Positions 1 to 9,732 of a stretch of DNA of 64,000 nt are shown here, piece by piece. Position 1 is the first letter of the stretch; each line of letters begins with the position of its first letter. The notes beneath the pieces were generated by a model. That model made no database searches. It was not told where the DNA came from and was given only the letters and a program-made list of their open reading frames with translations. The DNA is from an uncultured Candidatus Binatia bacterium (GTDB lineage: Bacteria; Desulfobacterota; Binatia; UBA9968; JAJDTQ01), in contig OZ251459.1 in the NCBI GenBank assembly GCA_965242525.1, positions 928,001 through 992,000 on the forward strand, written 5' to 3'. Made by a program: the position numbers and the translations under genes.

Positions 1-104
1 ACGAGCAGGCGCGCGCAAAAGTGCTGGCCAAGGCCTTCAGGATCTCTCCCACCGCCGTCCTGGAATAGCCCCGGACCGCCTGCCGACGCCTCCCCTTCCG
101 GTTT

Positions 105-1550
105 CTATATCTGCTCCACCACCCGATAGGCGCGGCTCTTGGGCTTGACCGGCGCCACCACGCCCAGCTTCACGAGGGCCCGGATCTCCCGGTAGGCGGT
201 GTCCCGGTCCACCTCGGCGATGCGCTGGTAGTCCGCGGAAGAGAACAGCTTGTCGTGGGAGAGCGCGTACACCAGCAGCCGCTGCTGGCGCGGGTTCAGG
301 CGGGTGCGGCCGAACTGGTTCAGCCATTGGAGGGTCTCGTCGTCGTAGATGGGGGTGTTGCGCAGGGTGACGGCGAAGAAGAACCCTTCGGTGGAGAACT
401 CGGGCGGCCGCAGCGCGTTGTCCTCCATCTCCTGGAACATGCGCGGCACGCCTTCGCCCATCTCGCACACGTAGCCGAGGGCCGACAGCACCCGCACCAG
501 CAGCGGGTTGCGCGAGAAGTGGACCCGCTGCCGCCGGTTTAGGTGCTCCAGGGTGACGGGCGAGGGCAGGGCGCCGGGGCTCCGTACCTCCAGGCGGTCG
601 TCGAACATCCACACCTCGGTCTGCGCCCCGGTGATGCCGTAGTCCCGGTGGGCCACCGCGTTGATGATCGCCTCCTGCCAGGCGAACGACGGGTATTCGA
701 GCCGCTCCCGGAAGAAGAGGTCGTGCCGCACCATGCGTTCGCGCAGGTGCTCCCGGATGCGTCCCACCGCCTCCTCGATGAGCATCCACAGGGGCTGCTC
801 CACGCGCAGCCGTTTGAGCACGTTCAGGGACGCTCCGTACCGCCGTTCGGTGCCCTCGTACCTCACGAAGTCGATGCCGCAGCGCGGATGCCACCTCATG
901 GGGTCCCGGGCGAACAGGAGCAGGGCGGCCATGGAAATCTCGGGCCGGTCGGCAGGGCCGCGCACTAGGTGGAACGTGTGCTCCAGCAGCGAGCGGCCGT
1001 CCGTGTCCGCGCGCACCCGTTCCGCGAAGGACTCCAGGGCGTCGGCGTCGAGGTCTTCCCATGTGGCGTTGTGGACCGGTTGCCGCTCGTAGGCGTACGA
1101 CAGCTTCGCGTCCTTCAGGAGACGGATCTGCGCGGGCGCCACCGCGGGGTTCTCCGTGGCGATGCGGTAGAAGGTCCTGCCCCGGGTCATGCGGCGGACC
1201 TCCAGGCCCGGGCCCACCTCGAACCGCAGCAGCAGCAGGTTGCCCAGGTCGATCCTTTCGAGCAGCGGATGGAGGGGCGGATGGAGCAGGTTCCGGGGCG
1301 CCTCGCTCAACTCCTGCACTTCGTGGTCGGAATAGGGCAGCCCGGTGATGCTCTTGTCGGGCTCCACCCCCACCAGGAGCGCGCCGCCGTCGGCGTTGGC
1401 CATGCCGTCGAGGATGCGCGCGACCTCCCGGGCGAGGTCCCGGGGCCGCTTGGTCTGGACCCCGCGCTTCCTGTGCTCGTAAGCGCTGACGAACTCGAAG
1501 AACTGGCCCCGGTCTTCCTTCAGGAGGGTCTCGAGCTCGCGTCCATGCAT
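105..1550 (-). CDS. AlbA_2 (Schlafen-like) + HATPase_c_4 ('RecG-like C-terminal') + wHTH protein
   Basis: Motifs GMANADGGALLVGV, EAIINAVAHRDY, EVRSPG, SRNPLL, EMGEGV and a C-terminal HTH (DTAYREIRALVKLG). Start taken at ATG 1550 (MHGRELETLL). Confidence 0.8.
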   Translation of the reverse strand: MHGRELETLLKEDRGQFFEFVSAYEHRKRGVQTKRPRDLAREVARILDGMANADGGALLVGVEPDKSITGLPYSDHEVQELSEAPRNLLHPPLHPLLERIDLGNLLLLRFEVGPGLEVRRMTRGRTFYRIATENPAVAPAQIRLLKDAKLSYAYERQPVHNATWEDLDADALESFAERVRADTDGRSLLEHTFHLVRGPADRPEISMAALLLFARDPMRWHPRCGIDFVRYEGTERRYGASLNVLKRLRVEQPLWMLIEEAVGRIREHLRERMVRHDLFFRERLEYPSFAWQEAIINAVAHRDYGITGAQTEVWMFDDRLEVRSPGALPSPVTLEHLNRRQRVHFSRNPLLVRVLSALGYVCEMGEGVPRMFQEMEDNALRPPEFSTEGFFFAVTLRNTPIYDDETLQWLNQFGRTRLNPRQQRLLVYALSHDKLFSSADYQRIAEVDRDTAYREIRALVKLGVVAPVKPKSRAYRVVEQI

Positions 1551-1617
1551 GGTTGAACCCGGCGGCGGGGGGAAGGGTTGCGGCGTCCGGGCGGGACCGG
1601 ACCGAAAGCCGTTTCGT

Positions 1618-2769
1618 TCACGACGCGGCCTCCCCCTCCAGGCGAAGGACTTCATAGATGATCCGGGCCGCGGTCACAAGGTCGTTCACGTCCAGCCATT
1701 CGTGGACCGTGTGGATGTCGCGCATGCCGCTGGCCAGGTTGGCCACCTGGAGGCCCCTGCGGTTCAACACGTTGGCGTCGCAGCCGCCGCCCTTGGCGAC
1801 GGCGCCCAGGGAGAGTCCCAGGTTGCGGGCGGCCTCGTGGACGCGCCGGACGATGGGAGTGTCGGGGGAGACGTCCATGCGGTCGTACTCGCGTCGGACC
1901 GCGGATTCCACCCGCGCCCGGTGGGTGCGGCCGTCCAGCTCCAGCGCGGCGCCGGCCGCGGCCTCCTCCATGCACGCGACCATCTCCCGGGTCTGCCGTT
2001 CGAGCTTGGCCTCGTCGTGGCTGCGCACCTCGCCCGCGAGGGTCACGCGGTTGGGCACGATGTTCACGGCCGCGCCGCCGTCCACCAAGCCGAGGTTGGC
2101 GGTGGTCTCGTGGTCGATGCGCCCCAGCCGCATGGCGGCGATGCCCCGGGCCGCCGCCTGGATGGCGCTGATCCCCCGTTCGGGACAGATGCCGGCGTGG
2201 GCTTCCAGGCCGTGGACCTCGAACTCCAGGTGGTTGACCGCGGGCGCCCGGGTGACCAGCAGTCCCACCGCGTCGCTGTCGAGGACCAGTCCGGTGCGGG
2301 CGCGCAGGAGGCCCAGGTCCAGGTGCTTGGCGCCCAGGAGCCCCACCTCCTCGCAGATGGTGAAGACCACGTCCACGTCGCCGTGGGGCGTGCGGTCCTC
2401 GTCCAGGGACCGGACCGCCTCCAGGATGACGGCGATGCCGCTCTTGTCGTCGCCCCCGAGCACCGTGCGCCCGTCGCTGCGGATCACGTCTCCCTCCACC
2501 ACCGGAGTGATGCCTTCCCCGGGCGCCACCGTGTCCATGTGCGCGGACAGCAGGATCGGTTGGGCGCCGGCGGCGTTGCCGTGGAAATGGGCCACCAGGT
2601 TGCCCGTCTCGCCGCCCACCGCGGCCCCGGCGCCGTCCATGAAGACGCGGCCCCCCAAGGCCTCCAGCGCCCGCTTCAGGTGGGCCGCGATGGCGCCCTC
2701 CCGGCGGGACAGGCTGTCGATGCGCACCAGCTCCAGCACGCACTCCTTGAGACGCGCCTTCTGGATCAA
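1618..2769 (-). CDS. M20/M25/M40 metallopeptidase, peptidase T-like
   Basis: Motifs SAHMDTV, LGGDDKSG, EEVGLLGA, GGGCDAN, IHTVHE. Likely TTG start at 2769. Confidence 0.85.
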   Translation of the reverse strand: MIQKARLKECVLELVRIDSLSRREGAIAAHLKRALEALGGRVFMDGAGAAVGGETGNLVAHFHGNAAGAQPILLSAHMDTVAPGEGITPVVEGDVIRSDGRTVLGGDDKSGIAVILEAVRSLDEDRTPHGDVDVVFTICEEVGLLGAKHLDLGLLRARTGLVLDSDAVGLLVTRAPAVNHLEFEVHGLEAHAGICPERGISAIQAAARGIAAMRLGRIDHETTANLGLVDGGAAVNIVPNRVTLAGEVRSHDEAKLERQTREMVACMEEAAAGAALELDGRTHRARVESAVRREYDRMDVSPDTPIVRRVHEAARNLGLSLGAVAKGGGCDANVLNRRGLQVANLASGMRDIHTVHEWLDVNDLVTAARIIYEVLRLEGEAAS

Positions 2770-2895
2770 GGAAAGCCCCCCTTCGTCCGGAACGCCGCGT
2801 GCGCCGCGGCCGCGGCCCGGTGGCGGTTCCATCCCACCGAGGTCTCCCTTCCTAGTCCAGTCGCCGGTTTTATGGAAGGGAAACCCCGGACGATT

Positions 2896-3036
2896 CCGGC
2901 TCGAACTCCCTCTCCCTGCGGGAAGGCGCGTCCTTCGACTCCGCTACGCTACGCTCAGGATGAATGGGGGGCTTCGCTACGCTACACTCGGGACGAACGG
3001 GAGGCTTCGCTACGCTCAGGACGAACAGGGATCATC
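2896..3036 (+). repeat. Composite REP-like element (3 tandem units of ~CTTCGCTACGCTCAGGACGAAC)
   Basis: Tandem subunits visible; near-colinear with 46232-46375. Confidence 0.75.
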
Positions 3037-3066
3037 GTTCAGGGTTTCCGAAGGGAACCTCTGAAC
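3037..3066 (-). terminator. Hairpin downstream of tRNA-Met, possible terminator
   Basis: GTTCAGGGTTTCC-GAA-GGGAACCTCTGAAC stem with one bulge; no clear U-tract. Confidence 0.35.
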
Positions 3067-3118
3067 AATCGAGAGATCCGGGATGGATTCCCGATTCCCT
3101 CACCTTGACGCCCCTATT

Positions 3119-3177
3119 CCCGTTCGTCCTGAGCGTAGCGTAGCGAAGTCGAAGGACGCGCTCATGCCCCCTGTCCG
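3119..3177 (-). repeat. REP-like element, inverted relative to 2896-3036
   Basis: CCCGTTCGTCCTGAGCGTAGCGTAGCGAAGTCGAAGGACGCGCTCATGCCCCCTGTCCG; nearly identical to 50557-50615. Confidence 0.75.
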
Positions 3178-3203
3178 GATCGTTCAGGGTTTCCGAAGGG
3201 GAG

Positions 3204-3280
3204 TGGTGGCGGTGGCTGGACTTGAACCAGCGACGCCGCGGATATGAGCCGCGTGCTCTGACCAACTGAGCTACACCGCC
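3204..3280 (-). tRNA. tRNA-Met (CAT), probably elongator
   Basis: GGCGGTGTAGCTCAGTTGGTCAGAGCA-CGCGG-CTCATAT-CCGCG-GCGTC-GCTGGTTCAAGTCCAGC-CACCGCC-A-CCA. Paired G1-C72 argues against initiator; Ile2 not fully excluded. Confidence 0.92.
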
Positions 3281-3317
3281 GTCGTGGGTGGGGGAGCAGG
3301 GACGCCCGAAGACCTCC

Positions 3318-3346
3318 ATCATAGAACGCCGTCCGCGCACATGCAA
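3318..3346 (-). promoter_or_regulatory. sigma70-like promoter for tRNA-Met
   Basis: TTGCAT-17 bp-TATGAT on the minus strand, upstream of the tRNA. Confidence 0.6.
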
Positions 3347-3358
3347 GCCGGGGCTTCC

Positions 3359-3387
3359 TTGCAAAACCGGTCGGCTTTCACTATGGT
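3359..3387 (+). promoter_or_regulatory. sigma70-like promoter for the MDR/amidohydrolase/TTT operon
   Basis: TTGCAA-17 bp-TATGGT, back-to-back with the tRNA promoter. Confidence 0.5.
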
Positions 3388-3500
3388 CAGCGGGAAACGG
3401 CCATTCCTCACGTACTCCTGGACCGGACGGGCCGGATCGGCAGGCCCTCCGCGCGCCCTTGGCGGCAGGCGCGGACGGGTCTCCGAAGGGAGGAGCCACC

Positions 3501-4538
3501 ATGCAGGGTTGGGTTACACACGCGTTCAACGACATGCGGCTGGAGGAGTTGCCGGACCCCGAACGCCGTCCCGGCTGGGCGGTGTTGAAGACCCGGGTGG
3601 TGCAGCCTTCGGTGACCGAAGTCCAGCTCTTCTACGGCGAGCGCTCCAACAGCTACGACAAGGTGAAGGCGAAGCTGGCCCGGGGTCCGGAGCCGCTGTT
3701 CGGCCACGAGTTCTGCGCCGAGATCGTGGAGGTCGAAGAGGACAACGGCTACGGCCTCGCCGCGGGCGACCGGGTGGGCGCGACCCACACCGAGCTGGGC
3801 ACCATCGGCCGGGACTTCCCCGGCCTGTTCTCCGAGTACGCCGCGGTGCCGCTGGACGCGCTGGCCAGGATCCCCGAAGGGATCAGCGACTGGGAGGTCT
3901 CGGCGCTCCAACCCCTGACGAGCTGCGTCCACAACGTCCAGGTGCTGGGGGTGACCCTGGGGGACACGGTGCTGGTGCTGGGCCAGGGGGTCATGGGCCT
4001 CAACTCGGCCCAGGCGGCCAAGGCCGCGGGCGCGGACACGGTCATCGGCACCGACCGCCGGGCGGACGTCCTGGAGCTGGCCCGGAACCTGGGCGTGGAC
4101 GTGACCATCGACGCCTCCCGGGAGAACGTGGTGGAGGCGGTCATGGACCTGAGCCGCGGCAAAGGCGTCCCCTTCGTCATCGAGGCCGCCAGCGGGAGCC
4201 CGCAGATGGGGCTGTCCGGGGGCGCCACCGTGTCGGAGGCGGTGGCGTGCGTGGCCCCCGGCGGCAAGGTGCTGAGCATCCCCCACTTCCACGAGCCCGT
4301 GACCCTGGACTTCAACTACCTCCGGGCCAAGCGGGTCACCTACATGTTCCCGCCGGAGCTGGCCCACCCCCGGGAGATGACCCTGGCCGCCCGGCTGGTG
4401 GCCCAGAAGCGCATCCGCATCGACCCCATGATTACCCACAAGCTGGAAGGCATCGAGAAGATGCCCGAGGCATTGGAGATCACCGCCAACAAGTCCCGGT
4501 ACGGCGCGTTGAACCCCGCGCAAGTGCGGTTCTCGTGA
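3501..4538 (+). CDS. Medium-chain (Zn-ADH-like) dehydrogenase/reductase with atypical metal ligands
   Basis: GHE motif, GDRV, Rossmann VLGQGVMG; GGAGGAG RBS before ATG 3501. Confidence 0.85.
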   Translation: MQGWVTHAFNDMRLEELPDPERRPGWAVLKTRVVQPSVTEVQLFYGERSNSYDKVKAKLARGPEPLFGHEFCAEIVEVEEDNGYGLAAGDRVGATHTELGTIGRDFPGLFSEYAAVPLDALARIPEGISDWEVSALQPLTSCVHNVQVLGVTLGDTVLVLGQGVMGLNSAQAAKAAGADTVIGTDRRADVLELARNLGVDVTIDASRENVVEAVMDLSRGKGVPFVIEAASGSPQMGLSGGATVSEAVACVAPGGKVLSIPHFHEPVTLDFNYLRAKRVTYMFPPELAHPREMTLAARLVAQKRIRIDPMITHKLEGIEKMPEALEITANKSRYGALNPAQVRFS

Positions 4539-4587
4539 GGCGTGGACGGACCGGGAAGGACACTGGATCAACCTTGGAGGAGGCAAC

Positions 4588-5601
4588 ATGAACGTAAACG
4601 CCAGGATCATCGACGCGGACGGCCACGTCCGGGACCGGGACGCGGACATCCGCGCCCACATGGAAGAGCCCTGGAACAAGCGCCAGGGGTCGCTCCTGCC
4701 CACGGACGAGTGGGACTCGAGCATGTTCGGAACCCTGGGCATGGACATCACCGACGTGCCCACGCGCCTCCGGGACATGGACACGGAGGGGATCGAGGTC
4801 TCGGTGCTGTTCCCCACCGGCGCCTTCCACGTCAACCGGCTGCCCGAGAAGGCATACGCCGGGGCCTTTGCGCGCGCCTACAACAACTGGATCGCGGACC
4901 TGTGCAGCGAGGCGCCGGAACGCCTCAAGGCCATCGGCGTCGCGCCGTTCCAGGACGTGCCCGCGGCGGTGGCGGAAGTCAACCGCGCGGTGACGAAGCT
5001 CGGCGTGGCGGGCGTCACGGTGGGCACCTTCGGCATGAAGGAGCACCTGGGACAGGAGCTCTTCTGGCCCATCTACGAGGAGCTGGAGCGGCTCGACACG
5101 CCGCTGTTGATCCACAACTCGCGCTCGGGGCCCGCGGGGGAGAACCGCTTCGACACCTTCCTCTTCAAGCACACCATCGGCCGGCCCTTCGAGACCATGC
5201 TGGACTGCGCCGCGTTGATGTACGGGGGCGTGCCCGAGCGCTTCCCCAAGCTGCGCATCGCGTTCCTGGAGTGCGGCATCGGCTGGGTGCCCTACTGGAT
5301 GGACCGCATGGACGAGGAGTACGAGCACAGGCAGTCGGAGGCGCCGCTGCTCAAGGCCAGGCCCAGCGAGTACATGAAGGCGGGGAACTGGTTCTACGCG
5401 GCCGAGCCGGAGGAGGAGAGCCTGCCTTACGGCATCGAGCGGGTAGGGGAGAAGAACATCGTGTTCGCGTCGGACTACCCCCACTGGGACGGCATGTTCC
5501 CCAACGTGGTGAAGACCATCCGGGAGCGCACCGACATCTCCGAGGACATGAAGGCCAGATTCCTGGGAGAGAACGCGAAGCTGCTGTACGGCTGGAGCTA
5601 G
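4588..5601 (+). CDS. Amidohydrolase_2 family protein
   Basis: IIDADGH, RFPKLRIAFLECGIGW, FASDYPHWD; GGAGGAGG RBS. Confidence 0.9.
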   Translation: MNVNARIIDADGHVRDRDADIRAHMEEPWNKRQGSLLPTDEWDSSMFGTLGMDITDVPTRLRDMDTEGIEVSVLFPTGAFHVNRLPEKAYAGAFARAYNNWIADLCSEAPERLKAIGVAPFQDVPAAVAEVNRAVTKLGVAGVTVGTFGMKEHLGQELFWPIYEELERLDTPLLIHNSRSGPAGENRFDTFLFKHTIGRPFETMLDCAALMYGGVPERFPKLRIAFLECGIGWVPYWMDRMDEEYEHRQSEAPLLKARPSEYMKAGNWFYAAEPEEESLPYGIERVGEKNIVFASDYPHWDGMFPNVVKTIRERTDISEDMKARFLGENAKLLYGWS

Positions 5602-5615
5602 CGCCGGGGCCCCGA

Positions 5616-6098
5616 GTGAAACTGACACCCAGGACGGGCTTCAGCCTGCTGGTCCTCGTCTTCTTCGGCTACCTGGTGTGGGAGGCCCGGGAGTGGCGCC
5701 TCCAGGCGCGCCTCTACCCGTGGAGCATCGGCATCCCCATGATCGTCCTGGCCCTGTTCAACCTCTTCCAGGAGCTCAGGGGCAGGGAGGAGGGGTCGGA
5801 GGACGCCCCCGCGGACTTCCAACTGACCCGGACCGTGGACGGAGCCGCGGCGGTCAGGCGCACCACCAACATCCTCTGCTGGATCCTCGGGTTCCTCGCG
5901 GGCATCTGGCTCGCGGGGTTCTCCGTGACCGTGGCCGCCATGACCTTCGGCTACCTGAAGGTACAGTCGAAGGAAGGGTGGGGGATGTCGCTGGCGCTCA
6001 CGGCCGCCGCGTGGGTGATCTACTGGGGGCTGTTCGAGCGGACGCTGCTGCTGCCGTTCCCCGAAGGCATGGTCTTCCGCTGGCTGGGCGCGGAGTGA
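5616..6098 (+). CDS. tctB: Tripartite tricarboxylate transporter small membrane subunit TctB
   Basis: About 160 aa with 4-5 TM helices, C-terminal LF..L.LPFP.G pattern, adjacent to tctC and tctA. GTG start inferred. Confidence 0.75.
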   Translation: MKLTPRTGFSLLVLVFFGYLVWEAREWRLQARLYPWSIGIPMIVLALFNLFQELRGREEGSEDAPADFQLTRTVDGAAAVRRTTNILCWILGFLAGIWLAGFSVTVAAMTFGYLKVQSKEGWGMSLALTAAAWVIYWGLFERTLLLPFPEGMVFRWLGAE

Positions 6099-6155
6099 AC
6101 CGTGGACGGGCGAGAGAATCGAGTCGTGTTCCAAACAACTGCACGGAGGTACGTC

Positions 6156-7211
6156 ATGTGGAGAGCGATCCATAGACCCTTTCTGGTATTGTTGCTGGCC
6201 TGCTTCCTCTACACGGGCCTGGCCGGCTCCGCGGCCGCACAAGACAACTTCTACGAGGGCAAGACCATACGGATCATCGTATGCTGCTCCCCGGGCGGGT
6301 TCTACGACCGCTGGGCGAGGCTGTTCGCCCGCTACCTGGGCAAGTACATACCGGGGGAACCCGACATCATCGTCCAGAACATGCCCGGGGCAGGCTCCCT
6401 GATCGCCGCCAACTACGTCTATAACGTCGCCAGGCAGGACGGCGCCGCCATCGTCATGCCGTTGGCCGGGCTGTACATGGACCAGGTGGTGGGCCGCAAG
6501 GAAGTCCGGTTCGACATGGCCAAGTTCCAGTGGCTGGGCACGCAGGAAGTGAGCCACTCGGTGCTCTTCTGCCGCAGCGACGCGCCGTTCAAGAGCGTCG
6601 ACGACCTGATCCAACGCAAGGAGGACCCGGCCAAGCTCGGCAACACCGGCACCGCGGGCAACAGCTACTTCCTGGGCAAGGTGCTGGAGAAGGCCGTGGG
6701 CGCCAATTTCAACTTCGTCATGGGCTATCCCGGAGGCAGCGAGATCGACTTGGCGGTGGAGCGGGGGGAGGTGGCGTGCCGGGGCATGTCCATCCCGCCC
6801 CACTTCGGACGGGAACCCTACCTGACGTGGCACAAGAAGAAGTTCGTGCGCCAACTGGTCCAGTCCGGGAAGGAGCGGGACCCTCGCCTCAAGGACACCC
6901 CCACCATGGACGAGTTGATGGAGAAGTACGACACCCCCGAGACCCTGCGGGCCATCGCCCGGGTGATCTTCGCCAGCGGCGATTTCGGCCGCCCGTTCGC
7001 GGTGGCGCCGGGGGTCCCCGCAGACCGCGTGAAGCTGCTGCGGACCGCTTACGCCAAGGCGCTGCAGGACCCCGAGTTGCTGGCCGAGGCCAGGAAGGGG
7101 CGCATGGACGTGATGCCGTCCAGCGGCGAGAAGGTGCAGAAGCTGGCCGAGAGCGTGGTGAGCCAACCCGCGGAGGTGGTCGAAGGCGTCAAGCAGTTGC
7201 TGGGGAGGTAG
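6156..7211 (+). CDS. tctC: TTT substrate-binding protein (Bug/TctC)
   Basis: Signal peptide; YEGKTIRIIV..SPGG.YD..AR, VQNMPGAG, GYPGG.EI.LAVERGEV. Confidence 0.88.
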   Translation: MWRAIHRPFLVLLLACFLYTGLAGSAAAQDNFYEGKTIRIIVCCSPGGFYDRWARLFARYLGKYIPGEPDIIVQNMPGAGSLIAANYVYNVARQDGAAIVMPLAGLYMDQVVGRKEVRFDMAKFQWLGTQEVSHSVLFCRSDAPFKSVDDLIQRKEDPAKLGNTGTAGNSYFLGKVLEKAVGANFNFVMGYPGGSEIDLAVERGEVACRGMSIPPHFGREPYLTWHKKKFVRQLVQSGKERDPRLKDTPTMDELMEKYDTPETLRAIARVIFASGDFGRPFAVAPGVPADRVKLLRTAYAKALQDPELLAEARKGRMDVMPSSGEKVQKLAESVVSQPAEVVEGVKQLLGR

Positions 7212-7221
7212 CGTTCGAGGA

Positions 7222-8748
7222 ATGATGTTCGACGCCTTCATCGGCGGACTGCTCCACGTCCTCTCCTGGCCGCCCTTCGGCTTCCTGCTGCTGGGCTCCC
7301 TCGTAGGCTTCATCGTGGGCATCCTTCCGGGCCTGGGCGGCTTGGCCACCCTGGCCCTGATGCTCCCCTTCGCCTACAAGATCCAGGAGCCCATCTCGGC
7401 CTTCGCCTTCCTCCTGGGCATGCACGCCATCACCGGCACCACCGGGGACATCACCTCGATCCTCTTCGGCATCCCGGGAGAAGGCACGGCCGCGGCCACC
7501 ATCATGGACGGCTACCCCATGACCAAGAAGGGCGAGGCCGGGCGGGCCATGGGCGCGGCCCTCATGAGCTCGCTGGTGGCGGGGCTCGAAGGCGCGCTGA
7601 TACTGGCCCTGGCCATCCCCATCATGCGTCCGCTGGTGCTGTTCTTCGGCTCCCCCGAGCTGTTCATGCTGGCCATCCTGGGCATCACCTTCATCGCCGC
7701 GCTGAGCGGGTCGTCCCTCACCAAGGGACTCCTGTGCGGCGGCATCGGCCTCATGCTCGCCTCCATCGGGGTGGACCCCCAGACCGGGACCCTGCGTTAC
7801 ACCCTGGGCACGCTCTACCTCTGGGACGGCCTGAGCCTGGGTCCGGTGGTGGTGGGGCTCTTCGCCATCCCCGAGATCATCGACCTAGCGGTCCGGGGCA
7901 CCAGCATCGCGGAGTCCAAGGTCGAGAAGATCACCGGCGTCATGGAGGGGGTCAAGGACACCTTCCGCCACTTCGGGCTGACCATGCGCTGCGGCTTCAT
8001 CGGCGCGTTCATCGGCGCCTTGCCGGGACTGGGCGGCGGCGTCTCCCAGTGGCTGGCCTACGGCCACGCGGTGCAGTCGTCCAAGGACAAGAGCCGCTTC
8101 GGCAAGGGCGCGGTGGAGGGGGTGCTGGGACCCGGCGCGGCCAACAACTCCAGGGAAGGGGGCAACCTGATCCCCACCGTGGCCTTCGGCATCCCCGGCA
8201 GCAGCGCCATGGCCATCCTGCTGGGAGCGTTCCTGATCGTGGGCCTCAACCCCGGCCCGGAGATGCTCACCAAGCACCTGGACGTGACCTTCGCCATGGT
8301 GTGGATCCTGGTGGTGGCCAACGTCGTCACCGCGGGGGCGTGCTTCCTGTTCCTGAACCAGCTCGTGAAGCTCACGTTCGTGCGCGGCCACCTGCTGATA
8401 CCCTTCCTGCTGATGTTCGTCTTCCTGGGCGCGTTCGCCGCCCACAACAACTTCAGCGACATCGTGGTCACGGTCCTGTTCGGGCTGGTGGGATACGTCA
8501 TGGTCCTGTTCCAGTGGCCGCGGCCGCCCTTCGTCCTGGGCCTGGTCCTCGGCAAGATCGTCGAGAACTACCTCTGGATTTCCACCAGCGCGTACGGGGC
8601 GAGCTGGCTGCTGTCGCCCACCGTGGTCTGCATCTTCCTGCTGATCGTCGGCGCCCTGTGGTACTCCGCGTTCCAGGCCAGACGGGGCAGGTCCCTGGAA
8701 GACGACGCGAGGAGGGGCGCCGAAGCCCGGACTCCCGGACGTCCCTGA
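7222..8748 (+). CDS. tctA: TTT large permease TctA
   Basis: GILPGLGG, ILFGIPG, DGYPMTKKG.AGRA, AANNSREGG.LIPT.AFGIPGS. Confidence 0.92.
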   Translation: MMFDAFIGGLLHVLSWPPFGFLLLGSLVGFIVGILPGLGGLATLALMLPFAYKIQEPISAFAFLLGMHAITGTTGDITSILFGIPGEGTAAATIMDGYPMTKKGEAGRAMGAALMSSLVAGLEGALILALAIPIMRPLVLFFGSPELFMLAILGITFIAALSGSSLTKGLLCGGIGLMLASIGVDPQTGTLRYTLGTLYLWDGLSLGPVVVGLFAIPEIIDLAVRGTSIAESKVEKITGVMEGVKDTFRHFGLTMRCGFIGAFIGALPGLGGGVSQWLAYGHAVQSSKDKSRFGKGAVEGVLGPGAANNSREGGNLIPTVAFGIPGSSAMAILLGAFLIVGLNPGPEMLTKHLDVTFAMVWILVVANVVTAGACFLFLNQLVKLTFVRGHLLIPFLLMFVFLGAFAAHNNFSDIVVTVLFGLVGYVMVLFQWPRPPFVLGLVLGKIVENYLWISTSAYGASWLLSPTVVCIFLLIVGALWYSAFQARRGRSLEDDARRGAEARTPGRP

Positions 8749-8840
8749 GCGCTTCCGGCTCTCCCGCCGGCCGCGGCCGCCGCGTGCGGGATCCCAGCGG
8801 CCCGCAGCGCGCCTCCCGAACGCAGCGCATCTCCCGGAAC

Positions 8841-9722
8841 ATGGTCGCCGTCGCCCTGGCCCTGCTCGCCTCCCTGGCTTTTGCCTGCACCGCGACCCTG
8901 GTCCATCGGGGCGTCCGGCTGCTGGACCCCTTCAGCGGCCTCGTGGTGGACCTCTTCGTCAACTGCGTGCTGTTGTGGCTCTTCGTGCTCGCCTTCCACG
9001 ACCTTTCGGAGCTGTGGGCGGGCGCCAACCTGATATTCGCGGGGTCGGGCCTGGTGGTCCCCGGACTCTTCCGCCTCATGGCCTTCAAGGGGATCGAGCG
9101 GCTGGGGGCCTCCGCGGCCACCGCGGTCCTCAACTCGGCGCCCCTCTTCGCCGTGCTCATGGCCGTGGCGGTCCTGGACGAGCAGCCCGGTCCGGCCAAC
9201 CTCCTGGGCGCGGCGGCGGTGGTCTGCGGACTGGTCTTCCTTTCGTGGAAAGGGGAATCGAGGTCCTGGCGCCCCCGGGACTTGGCGTTTCCGGTGTCGG
9301 GGGCGCTGTTGGCGGCCTTGCGCGACGTCATGGTGCGTCTCGGACTGCTGGCGGGCCCGGCTCCCATGGTGGGCGCCGCGGTCACGGTCGGCACGTCGTT
9401 CCTGACCATGTCCGCGGTCTATTTCCGGGGCCGCGGGACCGCACGGTTGCGTGCTTGCGGGCGGGGCGCGCTGGGCTGCTTCGCCCTGGTCGGGGTCGTG
9501 CACTTCCTGGCCTACTACCTGATGTTCACGGCCTTGGACATGGCCGACGTTGCGGTGGTCTCGCCCCTGGTCCACTGCTTCTCGCTCTTCACCCTGGGGC
9601 TGGCGCCGATGATCCTGGGGGAGTCCGACCCGGTGACCCCGCGCAAGCTCACCGCCGCCTCCATGGTGGTGCTGGGGGTGCTGCTGATCGCGTGGTCCCG
9701 GTGGTCGTCCGGGGGCGCGTGA
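8841..9722 (+). CDS. DMT/EamA family transporter
   Basis: About 10 TM helices in two EamA halves (GIERLGAS, PLFAVLMAVAVLDEQ, VAVVSPL). Confidence 0.8.
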   Translation: MVAVALALLASLAFACTATLVHRGVRLLDPFSGLVVDLFVNCVLLWLFVLAFHDLSELWAGANLIFAGSGLVVPGLFRLMAFKGIERLGASAATAVLNSAPLFAVLMAVAVLDEQPGPANLLGAAAVVCGLVFLSWKGESRSWRPRDLAFPVSGALLAALRDVMVRLGLLAGPAPMVGAAVTVGTSFLTMSAVYFRGRGTARLRACGRGALGCFALVGVVHFLAYYLMFTALDMADVAVVSPLVHCFSLFTLGLAPMILGESDPVTPRKLTAASMVVLGVLLIAWSRWSSGGA

Positions 9723-9732
9723 AGGGCAGGGC

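Noticed and set aside
2896-3177. CRISPR array
   Set aside because: The repeats are imperfect, separated by only a few bases rather than unique spacers, recur as dispersed intergenic copies, and no cas genes are present.
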